Part shown: positions 19,526 to 28,951 of the stretch, piece after piece
How positions within the stretch are numbered: the first letter of the stretch is position 1
Layout: the number at the start of each line of letters is the position of its first letter
IMG/VR virus record: IMGVR_UViG_3300021519_000010
Location: 1 to 61,347 of that record
DNA: 61,347 bases
Reading direction: 5' to 3' (one strand)
From: a virus
Lineage: Duplodnaviria; Caudoviricetes
Made by a program: the position numbers and the translations under genes
The notes under the pieces: generated by a model
Database searches by the model: none
The model's input: the letters and a program-made list of their open reading frames with translations, nothing else
Told to the model about the DNA's origin: nothing

Positions 19526-20101
19526 TCAGTTCAGCCCAATGGGCTTGGTGTTCATGCGACCGGTGAGTGGTAACCCCGGCGGCTTGACGTTACCGTTCTT
19601 CTTCGCCGCCTTGATATCTGCAGCCGTTTGCAAGGCGTGTTCCACCTTCCCCTGTAGGGAGCGATCCTTGTCTGGCAGGAGCACGAGGCTTACCTTCAGG
19701 TTGAAAAGCTTGTCGGCCATGGCGTCCGTAACCGGGCGCTTGTCCATCTTTTCCATGAGGTTCACGATCTTCTTCCGGATGTCGGACTCCGCCTTCGTGT
19801 AGCTGTGGGGGCGTCCTTCCCGCAGCCAGTCGTGCGCCAGTTCCTTCAGTCCTTCCTTGTAGAGCGCCGCCATGATGACCTGCTCCGGAGCGGTAACCGG
19901 GCGTACCTCGCCCAGCGTGATGGTGGGTGGGCGTCCGTTATGTGGGTCAATGATGAGGCGACCCTCGTCCTCAACCCACTGCACGACCAGAATGGACGCG
20001 TTATCGAATGGTCCGAGCATTTCCTTAACCACACCAGGCCCATGGACCTTGTGAACGATGAGAGAACCAATAATGCGTGGAGGCTGATTAGGCTTGTTCA
20101 T
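19526..20101 (-). CDS. Hypothetical protein
   Basis: ORF in the dcd operon. Confidence 0.55.
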   Translation of the reverse strand: MNKPNQPPRIIGSLIVHKVHGPGVVKEMLGPFDNASILVVQWVEDEGRLIIDPHNGRPPTITLGEVRPVTAPEQVIMAALYKEGLKELAHDWLREGRPHSYTKAESDIRKKIVNLMEKMDKRPVTDAMADKLFNLKVSLVLLPDKDRSLQGKVEHALQTAADIKAAKKNGNVKPPGLPLTGRMNTKPIGLN

Positions 20102-20459
20102 AAAGTTTGTTGATAGGGATGCCGGTGTTGACTTCCACCTGCACCGCTCGATCATCCCACAATTCGATCATCCCGAAGTCTTTGATGTTGGTGACTTCGA
20201 GGGCCACGCCAATGTGCTCCATACACCACTTCTCAATTGGCGTTCGCGCATCTGCAACCCCACCACCAATCAATGCCGCCCCATGTCCGTGAACCCGTGC
20301 TGTGAACACCTTAACCGTCTTGCCAGCCGCTAACCACTTCTTCACGCGGTTCAGCATAGGCACCACTGGCGCACCAATATGATCTATGCCCCTCCAATTA
20401 TCATAGTGCGCAAGCGTGCCGTCAAGGTCCACGCCAATCCAACCGCTTGATCCGCTCAT
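20088..20459 (-). CDS. HAD-superfamily (PNKP phosphatase-like) protein
   Basis: WIGVDLDGTLA, FTAR, WDDR. Confidence 0.8.
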   Translation of the reverse strand: MSGSSGWIGVDLDGTLAHYDNWRGIDHIGAPVVPMLNRVKKWLAAGKTVKVFTARVHGHGAALIGGGVADARTPIEKWCMEHIGVALEVTNIKDFGMIELWDDRAVQVEVNTGIPINKLYEQA

Positions 20460-20707
20460 TCGTGCCCGGCTTCCTTGCAAAGGCGTGTAATCAGCTCAAT
20501 GGCGTGATCAACCGTCTCGCACTTTTCACAATCCTCGTCGTTGACTATGATATCGAACGTATCCTCGCAGGCCATAGCCAACTCGACTGCATCGAGGCTG
20601 TCCACACCGAGATCATCGATGAACTTTTTATCTCCGGTGATTTGGTCGATATCGACATGCAGTTGGTCTTGAATGAGGTCTTTGAGCTGTTGTTCAATGC
20701 TTTCCAT
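20456..20707 (-). CDS. acpP: Acyl carrier protein
   Basis: FIDDLGVDSLDAVEL phosphopantetheine motif; acidic, 83 aa. Confidence 0.9.
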   Translation of the reverse strand: MESIEQQLKDLIQDQLHVDIDQITGDKKFIDDLGVDSLDAVELAMACEDTFDIIVNDEDCEKCETVDHAIELITRLCKEAGHE

Positions 20708-20717
20708 AAAGAGTTGA

Positions 20718-21317
20718 TTATGTACGCGGGAGGGTGACTTCGTGCTTCTGGTGCTGGTATTTCCCTGCGCGCTGAGCGTAGGAGGTCTGGCAGGTATCAC
20801 CCTTGAAGAATAAGAGCTGCGTGACGCCTTCGTCGGCGTAGATGCGGCAGTCCGCCGGGCTAGCGTTGCTGAACTCCAGCGTTAGGTGCCCCTCCCACCC
20901 CGGTTCGGCTGGTGTGACGTTGCAAATGAGACCTGCACGAGCGTATGTGCTTTTGCCAATGGCAACAACGATGACGTCGGCTGGTACCTTCATGTGCTCA
21001 AGGGCCACGCCAAGTCCATAAGAATGTCCCGGCAGGATGAAGTAACGGGAGCCGTCCTCGTCCCTATGTAACTTAGCGGGTTCCAGGTTTGCCGGGTTGA
21101 ATCGCTTTGGGTCTACCACGGAACCGGGGACGTGCCGGAAGATGCGGAAGTCGCTAGGTGAGAGTCGCAGGTCGTATCCGAAGCTGGTTACGCCATAACT
21201 GATGACCTTGCGTAGTGGTCGGTCTGATGCGACGTGCACCTCCCGGATGTGATTTGGTTCGAACGGGTCAAAGATGTTGTAGCCGTGCTCGCGCAGCCAG
21301 TGGTCGTTGTAGATCAT
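20718..21317 (-). CDS. dcd: dCTP deaminase
   Basis: ISYGVTSFGYDLR, GKSTYARAG, EPGWEGHLTLE, GKYQ. Confidence 0.95.
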   Translation of the reverse strand: MIYNDHWLREHGYNIFDPFEPNHIREVHVASDRPLRKVISYGVTSFGYDLRLSPSDFRIFRHVPGSVVDPKRFNPANLEPAKLHRDEDGSRYFILPGHSYGLGVALEHMKVPADVIVVAIGKSTYARAGLICNVTPAEPGWEGHLTLEFSNASPADCRIYADEGVTQLLFFKGDTCQTSYAQRAGKYQHQKHEVTLPRT

Positions 21318-21526
21318 TGGTGAAATGTGGGTCGTCGTGTGCTACGGAGACTGGCGAGTTCGTGCTTCCACCACTCCCGCAGCACAATCGCCCGGTTTTC
21401 TGGAATGCCGTCTCCGTCGCCGATATGGTGCGTTTGCCCGCCGTAGTGAGCATCTAGAAGGTCGTGTAGCATTTCCCGCAGTTGCTCTGGCGTGGACGGG
21501 GCCGGTATTGAGTGGGGTAGTCCCAT
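21314..21526 (-). CDS. Hypothetical protein
   Basis: ORF overlapping the dcd start (ATGA). Confidence 0.5.
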   Translation of the reverse strand: MGLPHSIPAPSTPEQLREMLHDLLDAHYGGQTHHIGDGDGIPENRAIVLREWWKHELASLRSTRRPTFHQ

Positions 21527-21573
21527 GCTGTGAGGAACGCAGGTTGCGTGTACTCAGCTACATGTTGTTCTAG

Positions 21574-22665
21574 ATGCTTGCGCATCTACTTATCCACGTG
21601 CCTGATCCACTTGAACCGTCCCGCCCATGGCTGGGAGATACCCAGCTTGCTCCATACCAGATCAATGCTGGTTCCGGCGGAATTTATCAGCTGCCCGTGG
21701 ATGACCAGCTGGTTCTGCGTGTTTCCTGTGCCGCGTCCGGGAATAATGGCACCGCAATCCGGCTGATAGTGGACTGGGGCGACGGCAGCACCTCCGGGGC
21801 CGAAAGTTCGGTGCGCCGCGTGGAACAGTTCGTCCACAATTACCCTCGGTCCGCACCATATCGGATCGCCGTCCGCGCCATCAACTCGGACGGTGTTACC
21901 TCCCGATCCAACCTTCCTGGCGAGGTTCCAAATCCGTTAGCATGCTTCAGTCTGACCGTAATTGATCGACAGTCGGTTATTCCACCAGCGACGGCGCGAT
22001 GGGTTGGCCTTGGGCTACCCGGCACCACACTTGGCTCCGGCATTGCTGCAGTGCAGGAAGTGCTACTGCCCGTTACCACCACGCTGACTGGAGCAGCCAC
22101 CGCAGGGCAGCGATCCATTTCTGTAGCATCCATGGTAGACCAGTTCGTGTCAGAGTCCATTGCGTATATCTCTCAGGTCGGTCGAGCTCCAAGCATCGGG
22201 CGCGTTACCAAGACGATTGGTTCCACAGTATACCTGGATGCTGCGCTGTTGGACAGTTACACCGTGGCCGGAGCAACCGTGGAGCTGCGTCGCAGTGTGC
22301 TGATAACGAGTAGCGGCCATGTGGAACTGCCTCCGTCTAACTGGGTGTTCCCAAAGTCCGAAGATGTGACATTGGTGCGTTCCTCCATTCGAATGTTACT
22401 GGCTACGAAGCGCGGGGAACGCGTTATGCGACCGACGACTGGCAGCAACCTGCACCGCATTCCGTTTGAACAAAACGATGTGACATCTGGTAATGCGCTG
22501 CGGCAGGAGGTGGCGGACGTTATTCGGTTGCAGGAGCCGCGCGCCACCGTGCGCGGCGTGAAAACGAGTCGCAAGGATAATGATGTTCAGGTTTCTGCAG
22601 TGATCAGCCTGGCCGGGTCGCCGGACCAGTTTGACGTAACCTTCATGATGACGCCCACCCGATGA
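21574..22665 (+). CDS. Baseplate wedge gp25-like protein with N-terminal PKD/Ig-like domains
   Basis: SIRMLLATKRGERVMRP..GS.L..FE..QEPRA; VDWGDG..HNY. Confidence 0.8.
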   Translation: MLAHLLIHVPDPLEPSRPWLGDTQLAPYQINAGSGGIYQLPVDDQLVLRVSCAASGNNGTAIRLIVDWGDGSTSGAESSVRRVEQFVHNYPRSAPYRIAVRAINSDGVTSRSNLPGEVPNPLACFSLTVIDRQSVIPPATARWVGLGLPGTTLGSGIAAVQEVLLPVTTTLTGAATAGQRSISVASMVDQFVSESIAYISQVGRAPSIGRVTKTIGSTVYLDAALLDSYTVAGATVELRRSVLITSSGHVELPPSNWVFPKSEDVTLVRSSIRMLLATKRGERVMRPTTGSNLHRIPFEQNDVTSGNALRQEVADVIRLQEPRATVRGVKTSRKDNDVQVSAVISLAGSPDQFDVTFMMTPTR

Positions 22666-23114
22666 CGCCGTCCACATTCATGCGGCTGATAGAAGCGGAG
22701 GATCATGGTGACGTAAACATTCGTACATTGTTTGAAGCAGTAAAACCTCCAGAGGGTGATGTTCGTCTCGACGCAGACGAGCCTGCACCCTCAATGTTTT
22801 GGCTGTCTCCCACAGGAGAAGTGATCCATGTAAAAGGTGGTCATGATCACAATTCCAAAGCGCAGGAAATGCTAGGAGACGGAACCTCCTATGCAGATGC
22901 AGTAGATAAACTAAAGTCTAAAGGTTACGCAAGAGGGAGGCGGGAGGGAGATACAACTTATTACGAACTAGCCAGTGGCGCACACCGTGACTTGAGTTCT
23001 TCTCAGCGCCGCACAATGGAAAATATGGCGGCAGATCACTCTCTTCGCGTTACGAGAGACAAACAACAATGGGGTGAAAAAGATTTGTTTGATTATCGTA
23101 GGCAAAAACAATGA
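22662..23114 (+). CDS. Leader-tagged hypothetical protein, AT-rich body
   Basis: MTPSTFMRLIE|A; FWLSPTGE...H. Confidence 0.65.
   Translation: MTPSTFMRLIEAEDHGDVNIRTLFEAVKPPEGDVRLDADEPAPSMFWLSPTGEVIHVKGGHDHNSKAQEMLGDGTSYADAVDKLKSKGYARGRREGDTTYYELASGAHRDLSSSQRRTMENMAADHSLRVTRDKQQWGEKDLFDYRRQKQ
22668..22702 (+). repeat. 35-bp exact repeat encoding the leader (second copy 23117-23151)
   Basis: CCGTCCACATTCATGCGGCTGATAGAAGCGGAGGA. Confidence 0.9.
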
Positions 23115-23491
23115 TACCGTCCACATTCATGCGGCTGATAGAAGCGGAGGAAACGTACTCTTATGACTACGTGTGCAATCACATAGTCAGGTGTGGCACA
23201 GATGGCGCTCACGACGAAGACGAGGATGATGATGACGTAAGCATTCCCGGCGTGGGCCGAGACTGTCAGTTTGTGCTGCGGTACGTCCCTGTATCGTCTC
23301 TCCGTTGCGACCTGTCAGACACGGCAGACGGTCGCATGCTGGTGCAGAAGTATAAGGGGTGGTTGGATCATGGAAATGCTCCAGCGGTCGTTCTCGGTCA
23401 TGATAACGTTGTGATGGACGGACGGCATCGTGTACTAGCTGCGCGCGCTGCGGGGAAGTCACATATTAACGCTTTCGTTCCAATGAAATGA
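23111..23491 (+). CDS. Leader-tagged ParB/Srx-like protein
   Basis: MIPSTFMRLIE|A; PAVV...MDGRHRVLAA. Confidence 0.7.
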   Translation: MIPSTFMRLIEAEETYSYDYVCNHIVRCGTDGAHDEDEDDDDVSIPGVGRDCQFVLRYVPVSSLRCDLSDTADGRMLVQKYKGWLDHGNAPAVVLGHDNVVMDGRHRVLAARAAGKSHINAFVPMK

Positions 23492-24213
23492 GTGTCTCAC
23501 CACAATTTGCATCAACGCGCATTAGCCAACCTGGCACTCCACTGGAGCATTTTGCGCCGTGGTCTCCGCCGGTTTACGGAGTATCCGTGGAGAAGCTGTA
23601 CACGGTGGTGCAGTCTGATATCGGGCGACCGGACGCCATTGCCGAGCGCGTGTGGGAGCGGTCTGACCTCTGGTGGGTAATTTTGCACTACAACGGCGTT
23701 GCAGACGCGTTTACCCTGCAACCTGGGGACCGCCTGCTCATTCCGTCATTAAGTGTGGTGGAGGATACCTTGCTCCAGATGCAAACGCGTGGCCCGTCTA
23801 TCGGGTTGGACATGGACGACACAGACGTTCCGTTGTTGCCGCTGCAGGTGCCTAGCCCGGTGCAGCCGCTGACGCTCCTCCTACCTGCTCCGCTGGATGA
23901 ACGCGTGCCGGTTTCCATGTCCGGCGTCCTCACGTTTACGGTACCAGCGGCGGAGGCAGCCCATTATCAGCTGCAGGTCAGCCTCGACCCGGCGTTTGAT
24001 ACCATTTACCTGAGCCGTACGACCATGATTTCTGCTTCCGGATGGGAGTACTTGGGCAGTGCGGTGTGGACAGCGTTCCCGTCCGGAGCCGGTGGGATTA
24101 CTGCCGGGCAAACACAGGTGCGCCTCACTATTTCCGACCTCGGCCTGCCGCGCGCATACGTGCGATGGCGCGCGTGGTTGGCAGAACTCGATCAACCATG
24201 GCAAATTCTCTAA
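23488..24213 (+). CDS. Baseplate wedge gp53/LysM-like protein
   Basis: GRPDAIA..W..SDLWWVILHYNG...L.IP. Confidence 0.75.
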   Translation: MSVSPQFASTRISQPGTPLEHFAPWSPPVYGVSVEKLYTVVQSDIGRPDAIAERVWERSDLWWVILHYNGVADAFTLQPGDRLLIPSLSVVEDTLLQMQTRGPSIGLDMDDTDVPLLPLQVPSPVQPLTLLLPAPLDERVPVSMSGVLTFTVPAAEAAHYQLQVSLDPAFDTIYLSRTTMISASGWEYLGSAVWTAFPSGAGGITAGQTQVRLTISDLGLPRAYVRWRAWLAELDQPWQIL

Positions 24214-24581
24214 CACCACTGACATTCATTGATCTGCTGGAAGCGCGCCTTACGCTTCTCCCGTGGAACGTTATGAGCGCGGACGCGAAACAATACCCGG
24301 ACTGGAAGGACGCTGCAGCATGCACTGCCTGCCGCAAATGGCTGGAGCAGCGCGGTGTTCACCGTCTGCCACTCTCAATGCAGCGAGATGCGCGTAATAA
24401 GCTGGTAATCACGCGCAGTCAATCAGCAGGAGTGCGGGCCACATACTTTCGGCGATATCGTGATGGCGAGTGGGTTCCTAAAGATCATTTCGATGCGCCA
24501 AGCATAGAAGCAGCAGCGCTCCACGCATCTGAAAATGGGTACGAGTTTCTGTGTTCCGAACCGAACAGTATGCACTTATGA
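24198..24581 (+). CDS. Leader-tagged hypothetical protein
   Basis: MANS-LTPLTFIDLLE|A. Confidence 0.55.
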   Translation: MANSLTPLTFIDLLEARLTLLPWNVMSADAKQYPDWKDAAACTACRKWLEQRGVHRLPLSMQRDARNKLVITRSQSAGVRATYFRRYRDGEWVPKDHFDAPSIEAAALHASENGYEFLCSEPNSMHL

Positions 24582-25801
24582 ATGAACAGCTTCAGAACTT
24601 TGCCCGCGCCGCCGGAGCCGTCTATCATGGTGACGGCATGGGACTCCACCATTTCAAGGAACTGAGCACGAACAGCAACTTTAGCCTGCGCATTCCACCT
24701 GCCGCGTCGCGCGAGTGCATCACGTCCGACAAGATTTTGGTACGTGCACAAGAAGTGCGCCGTTCCTATGGTAAACCGGAACCAGAAGCTGTGACAGAAG
24801 CTGCAAAGAGCCTGCGTGTCCAATGTGGCAACGGGAACATGGTGAACGGGTGGTATGATAGACTAAGTCGCAACTGGATTGTACAGGTAAAGGATGACGA
24901 GGAAACACAGATTGGAGACGCGGAATACTCTGGCAGCCGTGGCAGTTTTGAAAACTCCATGCAGCGTCTGATTGATCAAAACGGTGGGCGCGTATGCGAG
25001 ACAACCGGTACGGCCAGCGTTGGTGCAGGCAGCACGGTGACGGCGGAGGCTGTGCTGAAACGCGCCTGTGAAGTGCGGAAGTCTTACGGGGAACCAGAAC
25101 CAGTAACTGAAGCTGCATCATCGTTTCTGCCAGTACACCTGGCTATTCGTCATTTATATCCGGAACCCAAATGGTCACAAGGCAACTGTGCCACGCTGGC
25201 GTTTGGTGTGTATCAGTATTTGCAGCAGGCGGGTAAGTCCGCCTCCGTGTGGGTTAATGCGGCTGGCGACCACGCCTTTGCAAAGTGTGGGCGAGACACT
25301 TTTGATGCTGATCCGCACTCGTTGCAGGATACTGCGCCAGCAGCTAACATTACGCAGCTTACTCCAGATGAGATACGAACACGTTACCAGATGCGCGTGA
25401 ATCTGGCACTGGCTAAGCGTATTGCGCGTGACTTGCACGATGCTGTTGCTCTCGGGGAGACGACGGGTACGGCCAGCGTTGGGGCTGGCAGCACGGCACG
25501 TACGCGCAAGAGATTTGATCTCGCACGACTCCGACAGCGGCGTGACCCGGAAGGCCTGGAGGATCACGATCTGCCCATTGATTTGATTGAGAGCATCGCG
25601 GAGATTCCATCCACGGATGATGCGGACGAACCGAGTGGTTACATGCTCGATGGTAATGACTTAATCGCACTTCAACAGACGGTATCTGGAGAAGCAGCCG
25701 ACTCCGAGGTACAATCCTGGCTGGAGGAATGCGGCCTGATTGCAGACGGGCAGGTCACACCACACGGTCAGAGAATCCTTGACGGAAATGCGGCGCACTG
25801 A
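24578..25801 (+). CDS. Polyprotein with duplicated linkers and a Cys-His-Asp domain
   Basis: E|TTGTASVGAGST x2; EVR.SYG.PEP..VTE|AA x2; GNCATLA..DHAF..FDA. Confidence 0.6.
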   Translation: MNEQLQNFARAAGAVYHGDGMGLHHFKELSTNSNFSLRIPPAASRECITSDKILVRAQEVRRSYGKPEPEAVTEAAKSLRVQCGNGNMVNGWYDRLSRNWIVQVKDDEETQIGDAEYSGSRGSFENSMQRLIDQNGGRVCETTGTASVGAGSTVTAEAVLKRACEVRKSYGEPEPVTEAASSFLPVHLAIRHLYPEPKWSQGNCATLAFGVYQYLQQAGKSASVWVNAAGDHAFAKCGRDTFDADPHSLQDTAPAANITQLTPDEIRTRYQMRVNLALAKRIARDLHDAVALGETTGTASVGAGSTARTRKRFDLARLRQRRDPEGLEDHDLPIDLIESIAEIPSTDDADEPSGYMLDGNDLIALQQTVSGEAADSEVQSWLEECGLIADGQVTPHGQRILDGNAAH

Positions 25802-25893
25802 TGGCTCACATACCTGCCGTTGCCTTGCTAACCATTTGTAATCCACCCCGCAGTCCGTCAGTCATCGTGTATTTCTTTTCCCACTAATCCTTT

Positions 25894-28800
25894 ATGAATC
25901 CATCATCCGTCGTCGTCCACAAGCGTTCAGGGTCCAGCCAGCCATTCGATCTCACCAAGCTCCGTCGCGGCATTGAGGCTGCGTTTGCTGACCGGAAGAT
26001 CATCCCCAACGGAGAACTGATCAAGATTGAAGCCGACATGCTGCTAGCAATGTCGGCGTCAGACGTGACGCACGTGGATGAGCTGCGCAACCGGGTAATG
26101 GGTAGGCTGGTGGGTCTTGGCCTTGACGAGGTGGCGCGAGCTTATCAGGACGGGTCCGTTATCTCCCGCGCCCGGCGGGAGTCGCAGCGCTCGCAGGAGG
26201 CGCAGGAGGCTGGACGGTGGCAGCGCGTGCTGTCCACGGCAGGTGTGCATCCGTTCGATACCGTGAAGTGGCGCACGACTGACGCCGTCATCACCAAGCC
26301 CAACGGCTCCATTGCCTTTGAGCAACGCGGCGTGGAAGTGCCGGAGTTCTGGAGCCAGCAGACGGTCAACATCGTCGCGGACAAGTTTTTCCGCATGGTC
26401 AACGGCGTCCGCGAGAATTCAGCCCGGCAGATGTTCCTTCGGGTCGTCAACGTTCTGGTGACGTGGGCAGACGATCAGCAGTACTTCAGCACGATTGCAG
26501 ATCGCGAGGTGTACCGGGATGAACTGCTCACACTCCTGCTGCTGCAGTACGGCGCATTCAATAGCCCTGTGTGGTTCAACCTTGGCGTTCCCGGCAGGCG
26601 GCAGGCGGCGTCGGCCTGCTTTATCAGCTCAGTGGAGGACAACCTCGATGCCATTCTCGATTTTCAGAAGGCAGAGGTGCGCATATTCGCAGGTGGGTCT
26701 GGTAGCGGGTTCAACGTTTCGAGCCTGCGTAGCTCGTGGGAGACAATCGAGGCCGGTGCGTACACCAGCGGTCCGCTGGCATGGATGGAGGCTGGTGACA
26801 AGTTCGCCAAGGCCATGAAGTCTGGTGGTGGTACGCGCAATGCGGCAAAGATGGTGGTGATGGACGCCGGACACCCTGATATTTTGAAGACGCGCGACGG
26901 ACGTCCAGGCTTCATTCCGTGCAAGGCAGTGGAGGAGAAGCGGGCGCATCGGCTGATCGCCGCCGGAGACCCGTCTGGGTACGATGATCCGAACTCTGCT
27001 TACAAGTGGGTCAGCTTCCAGAATGCCAACCACTCGGTGCGCGCCAATGATGAGTTCATGACGTCAGTGAAGCGGGACCTGGCCTGGCCGCTGAAAGATC
27101 GGTACGGCAACTTGGTCGCCACGCATAAGGCGCGAGAGATTTGGGATGCCATCTCCGAAGCGGCATGGGTCTGTGGTGATCCAGGCATGCAGTTCGAGAC
27201 CACGATCAACTCATGGCACACCACGCCGGTTACCGGTCCGATTCGCGCCAGTAATCCATGCAGCGAGTTTCTGCACTGCGACGACACGGCGTGCAATCTT
27301 GCCGCCCTCAACCTGGTCAAGTTCTTCGACTTCGGCAGTTCGGGCAAGGCCGTCTTTGATGCCGTGAAGTATCAGCACTGCGTCCGGGTGCTTACGACCG
27401 CCCAGAGTGCCATCATCGCCAAGGCTGCCTATCCGACCGCCAAGATCGAGGCCAACTCACACGCCCTTCGCCCCATCGGCCTGAACTACGGAAATCTCGG
27501 CGCACTGCTCATGCAGCTCGGGCTTGCCTATGACTCTGACGCGGGCCGCAATGTGGCTGCCCGTCTCGCCAGCTTGATGACTGCTGGGGCATATCTCACC
27601 TCGGCTCGGATCGCCGCTCGTACTGCACCGTTCCCCGAGTTTGCCAAGAACCGGGAACCCATGCTGGCTATCATGCAGAGGCATCGCGAGGCGGATGCGC
27701 TCATTAACACCGACAACGTTATGGATAACCGTGCAGACAGTGGTGAACTGTGGGATGAGACTATCCGCATGGGTGAACGCCATGGGTACAACATCTCGCA
27801 GGCCACGCTGCAGGCTCCACTCGGCACCATTTCCTTCCTCATGGGTATGGATACGACTGGAATTGAACCTGCGTATGCCCTGATTGCATACAAGACTATG
27901 GTTGGCGGCGGCGCGGAGAAGCTGGTGTGCGGCTCCGTGCGTGCAGGCCTGCGGGCGCTCGGTTATCAGAACGACGGCATCACTCGTATCTGCAACCACC
28001 TGACAGCCACCGGCACCATGGTTGACTCCGAGCTGGATATCAAGGACTTGCCCGTCTTCGATACGGCGGCGGAGTCCGGCGGTCGTTGTATCAGCCCGGA
28101 CGGCCACATGTTAATGATGGCAGCCATCCAACCGCTCATCACCTGCGCGCAGAGCAAGACCGTTAACCTTCCCAATTCGGTCACGCCGAAGGAAATCGGC
28201 GACATCTACATGCGCGCATGGGAGCTCGGCATCAAGTGCATCGCCCTGTACCGTGACGGCTGCAAGGCCAGTCAGCCAATGTCCACCAAGAAGGAAGCGC
28301 CGAAATCGGTGGAGAAACTGGCGCACGGGAGCATCGAGCGTCTACGTGAGATTGGTATTGTTCCGGACGATGAATCGGCACGTCCGGTTGACCAACTGAA
28401 CCTCGCGCCGATCAACAAGCGCCGCCGCCTCCCCATTGACTGCACGGCTAAGCGCCATCGCTTCGACATCTCCGGCCACAAGGGATACATCATCGTCTCA
28501 GAATACGCCGATGGTGCGCCTGGCGAGGTGTTCATGGAACTTGGCAAGGAGGGTAGCACAATGAGCGGGTTGTTGGACGGGTTCACCAAGCTGCTGTCTC
28601 TTTCCCTGCAGTATGGGACGCCGTTGGAGAAGCTTATCAGCGGCTTTGCCGGGATGAGGTTTGAACCGTGCGGCATCACAGACAATGCCGCCATCCGCAG
28701 CACATCCAGCATCTTCGACTACCTTGTCCGTTGGCTGGCGCAACACTACCTGACCGGTGAAGGACAGCCGCATCAGGCACCACCAGCACCACCCGCTGCA

Positions 28801-28920
28801 TCTGCAGCGCGCCATGTTGACGTGGATGCTCCACCGTGTTCCTCGTGCGGCTCAATGACGCAGAGGAATGGGAGATGCTACGTGTGCATCATTTGTGGTA
28901 CTTCGAGCGGGTGCAGCTAA
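25894..28920 (+). CDS. nrdJ: Class II (B12-dependent) ribonucleotide reductase with ATP cone and C-terminal TSCPD/Zn ribbon
   Basis: FNSPVWFN, SACFI, NPCSE, CNLA, APLGTIS, SKTVN, YRDG, terminal CxxC..CxxCG. Confidence 0.95.
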   Translation: MNPSSVVVHKRSGSSQPFDLTKLRRGIEAAFADRKIIPNGELIKIEADMLLAMSASDVTHVDELRNRVMGRLVGLGLDEVARAYQDGSVISRARRESQRSQEAQEAGRWQRVLSTAGVHPFDTVKWRTTDAVITKPNGSIAFEQRGVEVPEFWSQQTVNIVADKFFRMVNGVRENSARQMFLRVVNVLVTWADDQQYFSTIADREVYRDELLTLLLLQYGAFNSPVWFNLGVPGRRQAASACFISSVEDNLDAILDFQKAEVRIFAGGSGSGFNVSSLRSSWETIEAGAYTSGPLAWMEAGDKFAKAMKSGGGTRNAAKMVVMDAGHPDILKTRDGRPGFIPCKAVEEKRAHRLIAAGDPSGYDDPNSAYKWVSFQNANHSVRANDEFMTSVKRDLAWPLKDRYGNLVATHKAREIWDAISEAAWVCGDPGMQFETTINSWHTTPVTGPIRASNPCSEFLHCDDTACNLAALNLVKFFDFGSSGKAVFDAVKYQHCVRVLTTAQSAIIAKAAYPTAKIEANSHALRPIGLNYGNLGALLMQLGLAYDSDAGRNVAARLASLMTAGAYLTSARIAARTAPFPEFAKNREPMLAIMQRHREADALINTDNVMDNRADSGELWDETIRMGERHGYNISQATLQAPLGTISFLMGMDTTGIEPAYALIAYKTMVGGGAEKLVCGSVRAGLRALGYQNDGITRICNHLTATGTMVDSELDIKDLPVFDTAAESGGRCISPDGHMLMMAAIQPLITCAQSKTVNLPNSVTPKEIGDIYMRAWELGIKCIALYRDGCKASQPMSTKKEAPKSVEKLAHGSIERLREIGIVPDDESARPVDQLNLAPINKRRRLPIDCTAKRHRFDISGHKGYIIVSEYADGAPGEVFMELGKEGSTMSGLLDGFTKLLSLSLQYGTPLEKLISGFAGMRFEPCGITDNAAIRSTSSIFDYLVRWLAQHYLTGEGQPHQAPPAPPAASAARHVDVDAPPCSSCGSMTQRNGRCYVCIICGTSSGCS

Positions 28921-28951
28921 TTTACCGTAACGTTGCAGGCTACTTGTTAGC

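Noticed and set aside
25894-28920. Intein or intron in nrdJ, MCP or primase; DGR or retron
   Set aside because: No intein termini or interruptions seen, and no reverse-transcriptase motif recognised in the ORFs.
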